Below, in pieces: positions 41,085 through 50,195 of a stretch of 64,000 nt of DNA. This DNA comes from an uncultured Chloroflexia bacterium (GTDB lineage Bacteria; Chloroflexota; Anaerolineae; JAAYZQ01), in assembly GCA_963700285.1 (NCBI GenBank), contig CAVOXA010000010.1, positions 864,001 to 928,000 of the forward strand. Reading direction: 5' to 3'. The stretch's first letter is position 1; each line of letters begins with the position of its first letter. A program made the translations under genes and the position numbers. The notes under the pieces are model-generated. The model searched no databases, was not told where the DNA came from, and was given only the letters and a program-made list of their open reading frames with translations.

Positions 41085-41858
41085 TCACGCTGTCTGTGAG
41101 GATGCCTCTGCCGCGATCCGGACCAGTTCCACGAAATCCGGCTTGAGGCTGGCGCCGCCCACAAGCGCGCCATCGATGTCCGGGTGACTCATGAACTCGG
41201 CCACGTTGCTCGGTTTGACACTGCCACCGTACTGCACCCGCACGGCTTGTGCGGTGGCTTCATCATAGAGTTCGGCAACGGTTCCACGGATGTTCAGGCC
41301 GATGACGGCCCCAGCGCCAGCCGGCGTGGCGGCTTTCCCTGTACCAATGGCCCATACAGGTTCGTAGGCGATTACCAGTCCAGCTACTTGCCCGGTGGCA
41401 AGGCCTGCGAGACAGCCGCGCACCTGCCCGCTCACTACCGTCTCAGTCTCGCCAGCATCGTACTGGGCTTCGGTTTCCCCGACGCAAACGATGGGCTTCA
41501 GACCTTGTGCAAGAGCGGCCTTGATTTTGCGGTTCACGCCTTCGTCGGTCTCACCAAAGTAGGCACGCCGCTCCGAGTGGCCCAGGATCACGTATTGGCA
41601 CAACTCCTTGAGCATTGCCGGGGCGATTTCACCTGTATAGGCGCCCTCCTCCTCCCAGTACATATTCTGAGCCCCGACCTCGATCTCTGTGGCGGACAGC
41701 AATTCCCCCACGGCCGCCAGGGCCGTGTAGGGAGGACAAAGAACTCGATCTACGGTCCTGATCTCATTCAGTCCCCGCCTGATGCTCCGCACAAAATCGG
41801 TCGCCTCGGCGATGGTCAGGTTCATTTTCCAGTTTCCAGCCAGAATCGGTCGTCGCAT
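41085..41858 (-). CDS. tpiA: Triose-phosphate isomerase
   Basis: AGNWKMN, GHSERR, AYEPVWAIGTG, YGGSV, LVGGASL. Confidence 0.98.
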   Translation of the reverse strand: MRRPILAGNWKMNLTIAEATDFVRSIRRGLNEIRTVDRVLCPPYTALAAVGELLSATEIEVGAQNMYWEEEGAYTGEIAPAMLKELCQYVILGHSERRAYFGETDEGVNRKIKAALAQGLKPIVCVGETEAQYDAGETETVVSGQVRGCLAGLATGQVAGLVIAYEPVWAIGTGKAATPAGAGAVIGLNIRGTVAELYDEATAQAVRVQYGGSVKPSNVAEFMSHPDIDGALVGGASLKPDFVELVRIAAEASSQTA

Positions 41859-42031
41859 GTTTTCACCTCACACTATGATAGCGCGCAACTGAGCCGCGCG
41901 GCAGATTATACTTCAGAACGCTCGAGCTGTCACATCCTTGAGAGCCCATGCAGGTGGTATAGCGGTGGATGGCGCAGCAGAGTTGTCCAGGATCCTCTGG
42001 GAGGTTGGCAGCTTGGTGCCAAAAGAGTACT

Positions 42032-43042
42032 CTACGTCTTGGGTGTACGAAAGAGTAGGGTTTCGAAATACTCCTCGGACAGGTGGCGGTCTCTTTGGAG
42101 CCTTTGGCGCTCCTTATACTTACTCCTCCAACCCATCAGCCCCGCAATTTGCCCTCGCAGGCGGGCGCGCGCCGCCTCGCCCCGCCAGGAGCGCAATGCG
42201 TCCAGGGTAACCCTCCACTGTGCGCCGAGTATCTGTAACCAGTATCTCTGCAGCAAGCTACTGGGATAGTTTTTGGCAATGACCCACAGCGTGTTCCTGC
42301 CAGTGTAGTAGCTGGCAATTGGACCGCCGCCGGTGGCACTCAACTTGTGATAGACCACGGCTTCTGGTGTGTACCAGCACTTCCAGCCGGCCAGTTGTGA
42401 CCGCCAGTTCAGATCCACGTCCTCACAATACATGAAAAAGGACTCGTCGAACAGACCCACATCATCCAGCATCTCCCGCCGGTAGGCCACGGCACCACCA
42501 CAGCCGCCAAAGATCCAGCCCGGTTCATCGAACTGGCCCTCGTCCTTCTGCCAGACGCCCCGGTTGAAGGGGATGCCATCGACGCCATAGCCATCTCCCG
42601 CCGAGTGGATCACGTCCCGCCGGTCAAAGAGCAACATCTTGGCTGCGGCCACGCCCGCTTCGGGATGCTCCTGTAGGGCCGTCACCAACGCCTCGACAAA
42701 GCCAGGTTCGGCCTCGGTGTCGTTATTCAGCGAGATCAAAATCTCCCCTTGGGCGGCCAAGAAGCCAGCGTTGTTTCCGCCGGTCAGTCCCAAGTTGCGA
42801 TCCAGGGCCAGCAACTGTACCTCCGGATACTGCTCTGTTACAAGTGCCTGGGACTCGTCGGTGGATCCGTTGTCCACCAGGATGACTTCCAGGTGAGAGT
42901 AGGTCTGCCTCCTCAGTGCCTCGAGGCATACCGACAGATGTTGTATACCGTTCCAATTGGGGATGACAACGGAGGCGAGAGGCGGCTCGGTTATGGGGGG
43001 GGTGTTTGCTACTTTGCCAAGACCCAATATCCTAATCCTCAA
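42032..43042 (-). CDS. Glycosyltransferase family 2 (rhamnosyltransferase-like); start codon uncertain
   Basis: SVVIPNWNG, VDNGSTD, LNND, FDESFFMYCEDVDL. Confidence 0.92.
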   Translation of the reverse strand: MRIRILGLGKVANTPPITEPPLASVVIPNWNGIQHLSVCLEALRRQTYSHLEVILVDNGSTDESQALVTEQYPEVQLLALDRNLGLTGGNNAGFLAAQGEILISLNNDTEAEPGFVEALVTALQEHPEAGVAAAKMLLFDRRDVIHSAGDGYGVDGIPFNRGVWQKDEGQFDEPGWIFGGCGGAVAYRREMLDDVGLFDESFFMYCEDVDLNWRSQLAGWKCWYTPEAVVYHKLSATGGGPIASYYTGRNTLWVIAKNYPSSLLQRYWLQILGAQWRVTLDALRSWRGEAARARLRGQIAGLMGWRSKYKERQRLQRDRHLSEEYFETLLFRTPKT

Positions 43043-43862
43043 AATACGCCTGCAATGCCTCTTCCCACGGCCGCAGCCTGATGCCTAGCGCCGCACCGGT
43101 GAAATTAACAATCGGTGCGTAGAGCGGGGGTGGGGCAGCCCGGGGCCAATCGTCTGTCGTGATGGCCTCGACCGGTATGTGCCCCCGACCGGATAGTTCA
43201 AGGATCTTGCAGGCCCAGTCGTGGCGCGAGCAGATGCCACTGTTCGTAAAATGATAGATGCCATAGTGCTCTGTTTCGATGAGCTGGGTGATGGCCTGGG
43301 CCAGATCCGGGGCGTAGGTTGGGGCACTCACCTCGTCGGTGACGACCTTGAGCGTACCATGCTTGTCGGCCGCGGCCATGATCTTGGTAACAAAGTTACT
43401 ACCACCCCGGGCATAGAGCCAGGCGGTGCGTACAATATAGAATCGATGATGGAGGGTACGCACGTAGAACTCACCGGCGGCTTTGGAGTGGGCATAGACA
43501 CTTTGGGGACAGGGCGTGTCCCATTCGTAGTAGGGACGGCCCATCCGGCCATCAAACACGTCGTTGGTACTGACCTGGACCATCGCAGCCCCGCTGCGCC
43601 CGCAGGCCAGCGCCATGTTCTGCGCGCCCAGGGCATTGACCCGAAAGGCCAGCTCCGGATTACCTTCACAACCATCCACATCGGTCAGGGCTGCTGCATT
43701 GATCACCACATCCGGTCGATAATCAACAACGGCATCAATGATCGACTCTGGGTCGGTGATATCTTGTTCTGGCAAGTCCACGCCCCAGAGATCATGGCCC
43801 TCCAGCGCCTCTTGAAGCGAAGTGCCCAGCTGCCCCCTGCAACCTGCGATCAGGACTCGCAT
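43032..43862 (-). CDS. rfbD: dTDP-4-dehydrorhamnose reductase
   Basis: GCRGQLG, NAAALTDVDGCE, STNDVFDG, YAHSK, RTAWLY. Confidence 0.92.
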   Translation of the reverse strand: MRVLIAGCRGQLGTSLQEALEGHDLWGVDLPEQDITDPESIIDAVVDYRPDVVINAAALTDVDGCEGNPELAFRVNALGAQNMALACGRSGAAMVQVSTNDVFDGRMGRPYYEWDTPCPQSVYAHSKAAGEFYVRTLHHRFYIVRTAWLYARGGSNFVTKIMAAADKHGTLKVVTDEVSAPTYAPDLAQAITQLIETEHYGIYHFTNSGICSRHDWACKILELSGRGHIPVEAITTDDWPRAAPPPLYAPIVNFTGAALGIRLRPWEEALQAYFED

Positions 43863-43899
43863 TGTTCCGTCATCCAATCCCCATGCCACACGGCCTTGC

Positions 43900-45795
43900 T
43901 CAGGGCACCCACGCCAGCCGCTCGCTGACAGGGTCTGGGAAGGGGTCACCGGTATCGATTATCTTCTGCACCCTGCCTGAACCGACCTCCAGAACGTACA
44001 CAGCCCAAGTCCCATCGCGGTTGGACAAAAATGCCAATCGTTTGCTATCGGGCGACCATGCTGGTGCCACATCTGCAGCGGGATGATCTGTGAGTCGGGT
44101 TTCTCGACCGGTTGCCAGTTCCACGACATAGATCTCCCAGTTCCCGGACCGTGATGAGATAAACGCTACCCTATCTCCGGCAGATGACCAGCTTGGCGCC
44201 GTATCACTGGGATGCGTGGTCAGCCGGGATGCATTCAAGTTACCGGCGGTAATGACCCACACCCCACAGTTATCTCCGCGCTGGTCGCAACCATGGTAGG
44301 CGACCCTGCTATTGTCTGAGGCCCAGGTTGGCATCTGGCCAAAGACCAACTCCTGGCCCTCACCCCGTACTTCCCCCGGCGATATGATATAGAGCCGCCA
44401 TTTTCGGTCGCCGTGCTTGTCCGATGCAAAGACAATCTGTTTGGCATCGGGTGACCAGGCTGGCGTAGAATCCTCCACGTGGGTGGTCAGCTCATGACCC
44501 TCGCCCGTAGCAGGATCCAGCAGATCCAGCCCCAGGTGATTTGGATCATGATTCTGGAAGGCGAGCCGGCTGCCTCCGCTGGCAAAGGCGGGCTGGCTGG
44601 CCATCTCTCGCAGCGTTCTTGTCTCTCCCATGGCGAGATCCACGACATAGATGTCGTATCTTTGTCGGACGGCATCATAGCTGGTGTAAGCGATTTCTCC
44701 CTTGCCTGCAGACGCGATAGGTGCGGTAGGAGCTAAGGTCACCGAAGTGGCCTGGGGAGTGACTGCCCTGTTCTCGGTAGGCCTGGCAGTCACCTGCGGG
44801 GTGGGAGTGAGTATAGGGGCTTCAGCCGTTGCTTGACACCGGAATGCGGCATCATCTCGTTTGTCAACATCCGCTTCCAGCGGAAAGACCTCCACGGCGG
44901 CTGCGTATTCTTCTGCTGCCCGGCACCAATCGCCCTCGCCGGCATACGCCTGAGCACTGAATGTGTGAGCATTGTGCAGGCGGGCTTGCACGTCCTTGTA
45001 GTCGGGTGCGAGAGCATAGAGGCCCTTTAGCGCCTGGATGGCTGCCGACCAGTCCCGCTCCCAATGGTTGAGTGCTACGGTATAGAGGCTCAAAAGGTTG
45101 AGCTGTTCCTGGGCCTTCTCATCCTCGGGGCTAAGAGCCAGCACCGCTTCAAAGTGCCCCACCGCGTCGTCCAGCAGGTTCCCTTGTACTGCATTCACTC
45201 CCAACTGAAAATGAGCGGTGGTCAACATTGTGTCCACGTTTTCACGTTGGTAATCGGCGTCGAGACTATGTAGTTCTTGAAGCACGGCGACTGCTTGGGC
45301 CAGGTCTCCACTCTCGTAGAGGGGGACGGCCTGCCGGTAGAGAAGGGCTGCCGCATCGCGTCGAGTTTCCGAGGTGGGGGTAACCTGGGCCAGCGCCATC
45401 TCTTTTGCCTCTAGCAATCGCTGCCGCAAGCCATCCAGGTCCGAATCGTGGCTCATGGCCACCTCAAACTCTGCGATGGCCAATTCATACTCCCCTTCTT
45501 CCAAATGGGCCAAGCCCAGCGCATAGTGGTTCTGGGCGATGAGGCGGTTGGCAATGGCCCGGTCCTTCAAGCCATCATAGAAGCCAATCACACCCAGCAC
45601 AAGAAGGCAGATTACCAGTGATACCATAGCCAGCGCCGCGCCGAGCATCCAAAGCCAGAGGCGCGGTCTGCGCCTGGGCGCTGGCTCGCTTTGCTTGGCT
45701 AGATCCTCAGTCGGGGGCAAGTGCACCGGCACTGGAACGGTTTCCTCGCCGGATGCCTTCGCTTTGTTCTTTCTACCGAATCGCGGTAACATCAT
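43900..45795 (-). CDS. Membrane-anchored TPR plus TolB-like (PD40) beta-propeller protein
   Basis: TM helix, helical TPR-like repeats, Pro/Thr linker, repeated PAWSPD motifs; ATGA overlap with the upstream gene. Confidence 0.85.
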   Translation of the reverse strand: MMLPRFGRKNKAKASGEETVPVPVHLPPTEDLAKQSEPAPRRRPRLWLWMLGAALAMVSLVICLLVLGVIGFYDGLKDRAIANRLIAQNHYALGLAHLEEGEYELAIAEFEVAMSHDSDLDGLRQRLLEAKEMALAQVTPTSETRRDAAALLYRQAVPLYESGDLAQAVAVLQELHSLDADYQRENVDTMLTTAHFQLGVNAVQGNLLDDAVGHFEAVLALSPEDEKAQEQLNLLSLYTVALNHWERDWSAAIQALKGLYALAPDYKDVQARLHNAHTFSAQAYAGEGDWCRAAEEYAAAVEVFPLEADVDKRDDAAFRCQATAEAPILTPTPQVTARPTENRAVTPQATSVTLAPTAPIASAGKGEIAYTSYDAVRQRYDIYVVDLAMGETRTLREMASQPAFASGGSRLAFQNHDPNHLGLDLLDPATGEGHELTTHVEDSTPAWSPDAKQIVFASDKHGDRKWRLYIISPGEVRGEGQELVFGQMPTWASDNSRVAYHGCDQRGDNCGVWVITAGNLNASRLTTHPSDTAPSWSSAGDRVAFISSRSGNWEIYVVELATGRETRLTDHPAADVAPAWSPDSKRLAFLSNRDGTWAVYVLEVGSGRVQKIIDTGDPFPDPVSERLAWVP

Positions 45796-48008
45796 CCACT
45801 GCCCAGTCTGCAATCGGTTCCATACTCGGCTACTAGTCTACCATCAGGTCCTTCAACACGGAGCATCAGTTGCCCACTCTGGGGGCTGTCGTCCCCCAGG
45901 ACCGCGGAATCTCGGAAGGGACGACCCGGAACCAGGGAGACTGCCTCGCGCCAGCACTCCTGTCCATCCAGAAGCAGTATCAGATCGCCTTGCCATGGCT
46001 TGCTCGTGGTTACAGCAATCTCTGCTCGCCCATCGTTGGCCTTGAGGCCCAGTGCTATTGTATCGTTGGCAAAGTTCAGCCTGCCTAGCCCGGCGACGGG
46101 ATACCAGGTTTCGGTCCACTGTAGGTGCCCGCCTGCTGCCAGGGTTACACTATCGTCAAAGGTGGGGGCTGGCCCGCTGTGGATCTCTACGTAGCTCGAG
46201 CCATCGTCTGTCCAGTTGCCTGCAGGGATGGGGTCGTGCCAACCAAACCCAAAGCCCTTGGCTCCCCGTACCGCCTGGGCATCGTGCGGCAGAACACGGA
46301 CCACCCCCTCATCGTAGCCCTCATCGTACACAGCCATGAACCCGTCCACTGCCGGATCCTGGAAGAAGCCAAGCCAGCGGTTCCAATTGCCCAGCCGGCT
46401 CATGTCTACGCCGTTGTATACTGGCCATGACATTTGTTCGTTGTGCCCTGGCAGGGATTGATCGCCCCGGCTATGCACGGTGACGGTTGTCGCCGTATCT
46501 GGCAGGACGAAGCGCAGCTCTGCCGAGGGCGCATTCTGGCCGCCAGGGGCCAGCATGGCGTTGGTCCAGTATTTCACAGGCAAAGGGGCGCCGGTTGGAT
46601 TCTCCAGCCGGGGCCGGATCGTAAAGTAGCCCACCCCGGTCTCCAGCCTGACCTCAACCTCGGCCCGCACACGGTCGTCCGCAAAAGTGTCGCGCAGGAT
46701 GACAGTCGCACCTTTGGCATCCGGGCTGACCTGCACGGTCCAGGGTACGCCCCACTCGTAGCCGTGTTCTTCTACCGGCAGGCACCACTCGAGCCCGCCC
46801 GCCGCAAGCCACCAGCCCTGCTCGGGGGGCCCCCAGGGACTGGGTTTGAGCACCGGGTTACGATAGGTCTCCCGGTGCCCTGTAGGCTTGAAATAGACTT
46901 CGTAGAGGCGTCCACCCAACTCTGGCAAGAAAGTCAGTCGCAAGTACTCGTTCTCTAGTACGAGGCTGCGATAGACCACCTCGACCGGCGATGGGTTCGA
47001 GGCTTTGTAGGCCGCCCAATCGAGAACGGAATATGGCATGTTGAAGGCTTGGTTCCATGCCTCGGTGACGTAATCGGCGTAGGGGTAGGTCGTGATCCCG
47101 ATCTGTCTTTCGTACACACGCACGGTGGCAGGGGGCGGTGATGGCTGTGGTGTGGATGTGATGGCAACCACTGGTGACGGTGTGGGCAGGCCCGAGGAGG
47201 GTTTTGTGGGCGATGGGGTACATGCCGGCGGCAACGTCGGGACCGGCAGCCGCTGGGAAATCATGTTGTTGTCTTTCCTGCTCTCCTCGACCTGGAAAGC
47301 CGTGTCGATGATGACCCAATTCTCCCCATCTTGGCCATAGCCTTCGAACCACAAGGAGACCGTCTCTTTTGGAGCCAGTCCCGCACTCACCGTCTGTCGC
47401 GTTCCGTTCACTTCGACGACAAACTCCCCTGCGTCTGCATCTCCCATGTTCTCCACCACCACCGCGACCCCAAGCTGTGTGGAGGCATAGTCACACGCTC
47501 CCCCCGTTTCCAACTCAATCTTGATGCTCTTCATTGCGAGATCAGGGAGAGTCTCATTCGGATCAGATCTTGGGACAGTGACGGGCGCTGGGGAGGAGGG
47601 CACGCGGGCTGATGCTGCTGGGGCTGGTTTGGGTACCAACTCGCCACTGATGATTGCTTCCTCATCGGCCGAGAGATCCACAGTTTGCACCAGCGGCTCG
47701 TGACCCTCTAGCTCAACGCGGACGACATGCTGGCCAGCCGGCAGATCCAGGGAAACAGAGGTAGTACCACTGCGCAATCCATCCACATAGACACTGGCCC
47801 CATCCGGACGAACTTCCACACGCAGCCGGGCATGAATATTCCCAGCGGTTGGTGTCATGGTCAAAGTCGATCCCGCAGGTGGACTTGGCCGATTACACCG
47901 GTTCAGAATCAGGATCAATAGCAAAAAGAAGAGAGTGGCCAGGATTCTTGCGCTGATTCCCAACCACCTCTTTGGCCCAAGTAGGCCAATGCCCTTGGTA
48001 CCGTCCAT
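45792..48008 (-). CDS. Membrane-anchored PEGA-CARDB-DUF5107-like protein
   Basis: TM; PDGASVYVDG...LPAGQHVVRVELEGHEP (PEGA); PDL...VEESRKDNN (CARDB); LENEYLRLTFLPELGGRL and GGLEW (DUF5107-like). Confidence 0.8.
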   Translation of the reverse strand: MDGTKGIGLLGPKRWLGISARILATLFFLLLILILNRCNRPSPPAGSTLTMTPTAGNIHARLRVEVRPDGASVYVDGLRSGTTSVSLDLPAGQHVVRVELEGHEPLVQTVDLSADEEAIISGELVPKPAPAASARVPSSPAPVTVPRSDPNETLPDLAMKSIKIELETGGACDYASTQLGVAVVVENMGDADAGEFVVEVNGTRQTVSAGLAPKETVSLWFEGYGQDGENWVIIDTAFQVEESRKDNNMISQRLPVPTLPPACTPSPTKPSSGLPTPSPVVAITSTPQPSPPPATVRVYERQIGITTYPYADYVTEAWNQAFNMPYSVLDWAAYKASNPSPVEVVYRSLVLENEYLRLTFLPELGGRLYEVYFKPTGHRETYRNPVLKPSPWGPPEQGWWLAAGGLEWCLPVEEHGYEWGVPWTVQVSPDAKGATVILRDTFADDRVRAEVEVRLETGVGYFTIRPRLENPTGAPLPVKYWTNAMLAPGGQNAPSAELRFVLPDTATTVTVHSRGDQSLPGHNEQMSWPVYNGVDMSRLGNWNRWLGFFQDPAVDGFMAVYDEGYDEGVVRVLPHDAQAVRGAKGFGFGWHDPIPAGNWTDDGSSYVEIHSGPAPTFDDSVTLAAGGHLQWTETWYPVAGLGRLNFANDTIALGLKANDGRAEIAVTTSKPWQGDLILLLDGQECWREAVSLVPGRPFRDSAVLGDDSPQSGQLMLRVEGPDGRLVAEYGTDCRLGSG

Positions 48009-48014
48009 GAGGCC

Positions 48015-48042
48015 ATTATACCACGTTTGGCTTTCTTGTCCA
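48015..48042 (-). promoter_or_regulatory. Promoter for a probably leaderless transcript
   Basis: TGGACA-N16-TATAAT with TG extension; ATG starts 6 nt after the -10 box with no RBS. Confidence 0.6.
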
Positions 48043-48124
48043 GTCAGGGCGGAGAAGGAGAAAGCAGAACACTCTGGGCGCTCTCTGGCGGGCTGTTAAT
48101 CTGGCTCGACAGCCCGCATGGGAG

Positions 48125-50122
48125 CTATGGCCCGTAAGTGACCACCAATACCGGTACATTGCCGGTACCAAAATAGTTATTTCCGGGCTCCATGCTGGCG
48201 TAATCTTCCAGATTGTCGCCGTCGGTTTCCTGTACCCAGCGCAGGCGTACCTGGAATTGATCCCGACCCGCGGACAGGTCCTGCCCAATCCAGCCGGCAA
48301 TGGTCGGGTCAGTGACGATGTACCAAGTACCGGGCGATGGTTGCCGGGCCATTGTGGCCGAACCTAAGGGTTGGGCATCGTATGCGGCACGGCCCAGGTT
48401 GGAACCATAGCTCACGTGCTCCAGGACGAGGTTCCCCAGCTTCTGGTAGGGATCGCCTTCTACCTTTGCTTGAAAGAAGCGTAGCTCGGCCGCCTCAATG
48501 GAAGCTCCACTGGGGATATCGGAAAGGTCAAAACTCATAAACCCACGCCAGACCTTCTCGTCCCCCGGGCCTGCCTGTCCGCCATTGCCGACGATGATGT
48601 CTTGGCCAGTGCCACCGCCACCGCTACTTCCCCGGTAGCCGTCCAGAGCCGGATCGCTCTGCACGGTGACAGTCCCAGGGCCGGGGGGCCCTGGCATGAC
48701 CTGTACCATGCTCACAAGTTTGTTATTGCCCTTGTCTGTCTCGGCAACTTCTTTGCCGGTGTCTGCCCGCGCTACGGTGGCCAGGTTGGCCTGGGCCTTG
48801 TCTGGCCGCCAGCGAACCACGACCACGGTTGCCTGACCCGGGTCCAAGCCTCCCAGTCGCCCGCCAAAGTGAGTGTCCTGGTCTGCCTGCCAGTCCCAAT
48901 TGAAGGCCCCTGCTGCTCCCGGGCCCGCGTTCCGAATTGTGATCCCTACTTCGGTATCCTGCGCCTGAATAGGAGGATTGGGTGCAAAGCTGACAGACTC
49001 TACAACCAGGTCCGCAAGCTCACCGCTGACCACGACCGTGGTCGCAGCCGTCGTTGTACCTCCCGGCCCCTTGGCTGTGAGTACATAGGTCGTCGTTTGA
49101 GTTGGACAGACCTCACTGCTGCCTGGTGTGCCCACGCCTGCGAGACCCGGCTCAATCCCCGCTTCGGTGGCATCGGTTACTTTTCCCCATTCCAGCATCG
49201 TACACTCGCCTGCACTTATGGCCTGGGGATTGGCCCGAAAGTACTCGATCCGGGGAGTACCTGGCTCTGCGGTGGGAGTCGAGGTTACCTCTGTCGTAGG
49301 TGTGCTCGGTGCAGTTGCGCTTGGCAGAACCCCGCCCCCGGTCGGCACAGCATCAATCTCTACCGACTCGGTCTTGCTCGTCTTGCCTTCAGCCGTAAAG
49401 GCCACAGCCGAAACGACGTGCTGGCCTGTCTCGAGAAACGTCCATCGTTTGTTCACGGTCAAAGTGGATCTACCATCCGGATCCGGACTGCTTGCTGTCG
49501 CGACCAGACTCCCGTCTACGCTCAACTCCAGGAGGGTGATATTGCTCGTGCCACTGGCCGTGGCCTGGAGGATCACCTCTCTTCCTTCGACCACCTGGGC
49601 GCCAGCAGGCGGTGACTGGAGCACTACGGTGGGCACACCCTTCCCGCGACCCAGAAGAAGCACCCCCAAAAGAACCAGACAGGCCACTGTAATTCCGGCC
49701 AGAAGGGCAAGAATAATGCCTGGCAGAACGAATTTGTTAGGCTGGGCGGTCATCTGGCTGCCATCGATAGAAGGGGCAAAGCTTCCAGGAACCAGTGTAG
49801 CTGTCTGTTGCGCCCGCTCCAACTTTATATCTATGCGTGTGTTTCCTACCCGCACAACATCACCATGGCACAGGGGCTGGGGCTCGACGATACGACGTTC
49901 ATTCACGTACGTGCCGTTGGTGCTGCCCATATCCTGGATGACAAAGATATCAAGGTCTGCCTGCCAAAAGATGGTGGCGTGATAGCCAGACACTTCAGGA
50001 TCCGCGAGTACGAGGGTGTTACCGGCCCCGCGGCCGATCGTGACAGGCTGTTGTGTCAGGGGGAAGACCTGGCCCGTATGCTGGATGATCAGCGCCGGGC
50101 CAAACGCTTCGTCGTAGCTCAT
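48125..50122 (-). CDS. FHA-domain transmembrane protein with extracellular Ig-like, CARDB and C-terminal DNRLRE-like domains
   Basis: IGR...VSGYHA...DMGSTNGTYVN FHA signature; TM; ADLVVESV...AETDKGNN CARDB; RGFMSFDLSDIP.GASIEAAEL. Confidence 0.85.
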   Translation of the reverse strand: MSYDEAFGPALIIQHTGQVFPLTQQPVTIGRGAGNTLVLADPEVSGYHATIFWQADLDIFVIQDMGSTNGTYVNERRIVEPQPLCHGDVVRVGNTRIDIKLERAQQTATLVPGSFAPSIDGSQMTAQPNKFVLPGIILALLAGITVACLVLLGVLLLGRGKGVPTVVLQSPPAGAQVVEGREVILQATASGTSNITLLELSVDGSLVATASSPDPDGRSTLTVNKRWTFLETGQHVVSAVAFTAEGKTSKTESVEIDAVPTGGGVLPSATAPSTPTTEVTSTPTAEPGTPRIEYFRANPQAISAGECTMLEWGKVTDATEAGIEPGLAGVGTPGSSEVCPTQTTTYVLTAKGPGGTTTAATTVVVSGELADLVVESVSFAPNPPIQAQDTEVGITIRNAGPGAAGAFNWDWQADQDTHFGGRLGGLDPGQATVVVVRWRPDKAQANLATVARADTGKEVAETDKGNNKLVSMVQVMPGPPGPGTVTVQSDPALDGYRGSSGGGGTGQDIIVGNGGQAGPGDEKVWRGFMSFDLSDIPSGASIEAAELRFFQAKVEGDPYQKLGNLVLEHVSYGSNLGRAAYDAQPLGSATMARQPSPGTWYIVTDPTIAGWIGQDLSAGRDQFQVRLRWVQETDGDNLEDYASMEPGNNYFGTGNVPVLVVTYGP

Positions 50123-50195
50123 TCTGTATTCCTTTCCGGCCAGCAAGATCTGCCGTGGCCGTATCGCACTTGCTCATGGGACAGGCAATGCCTAT

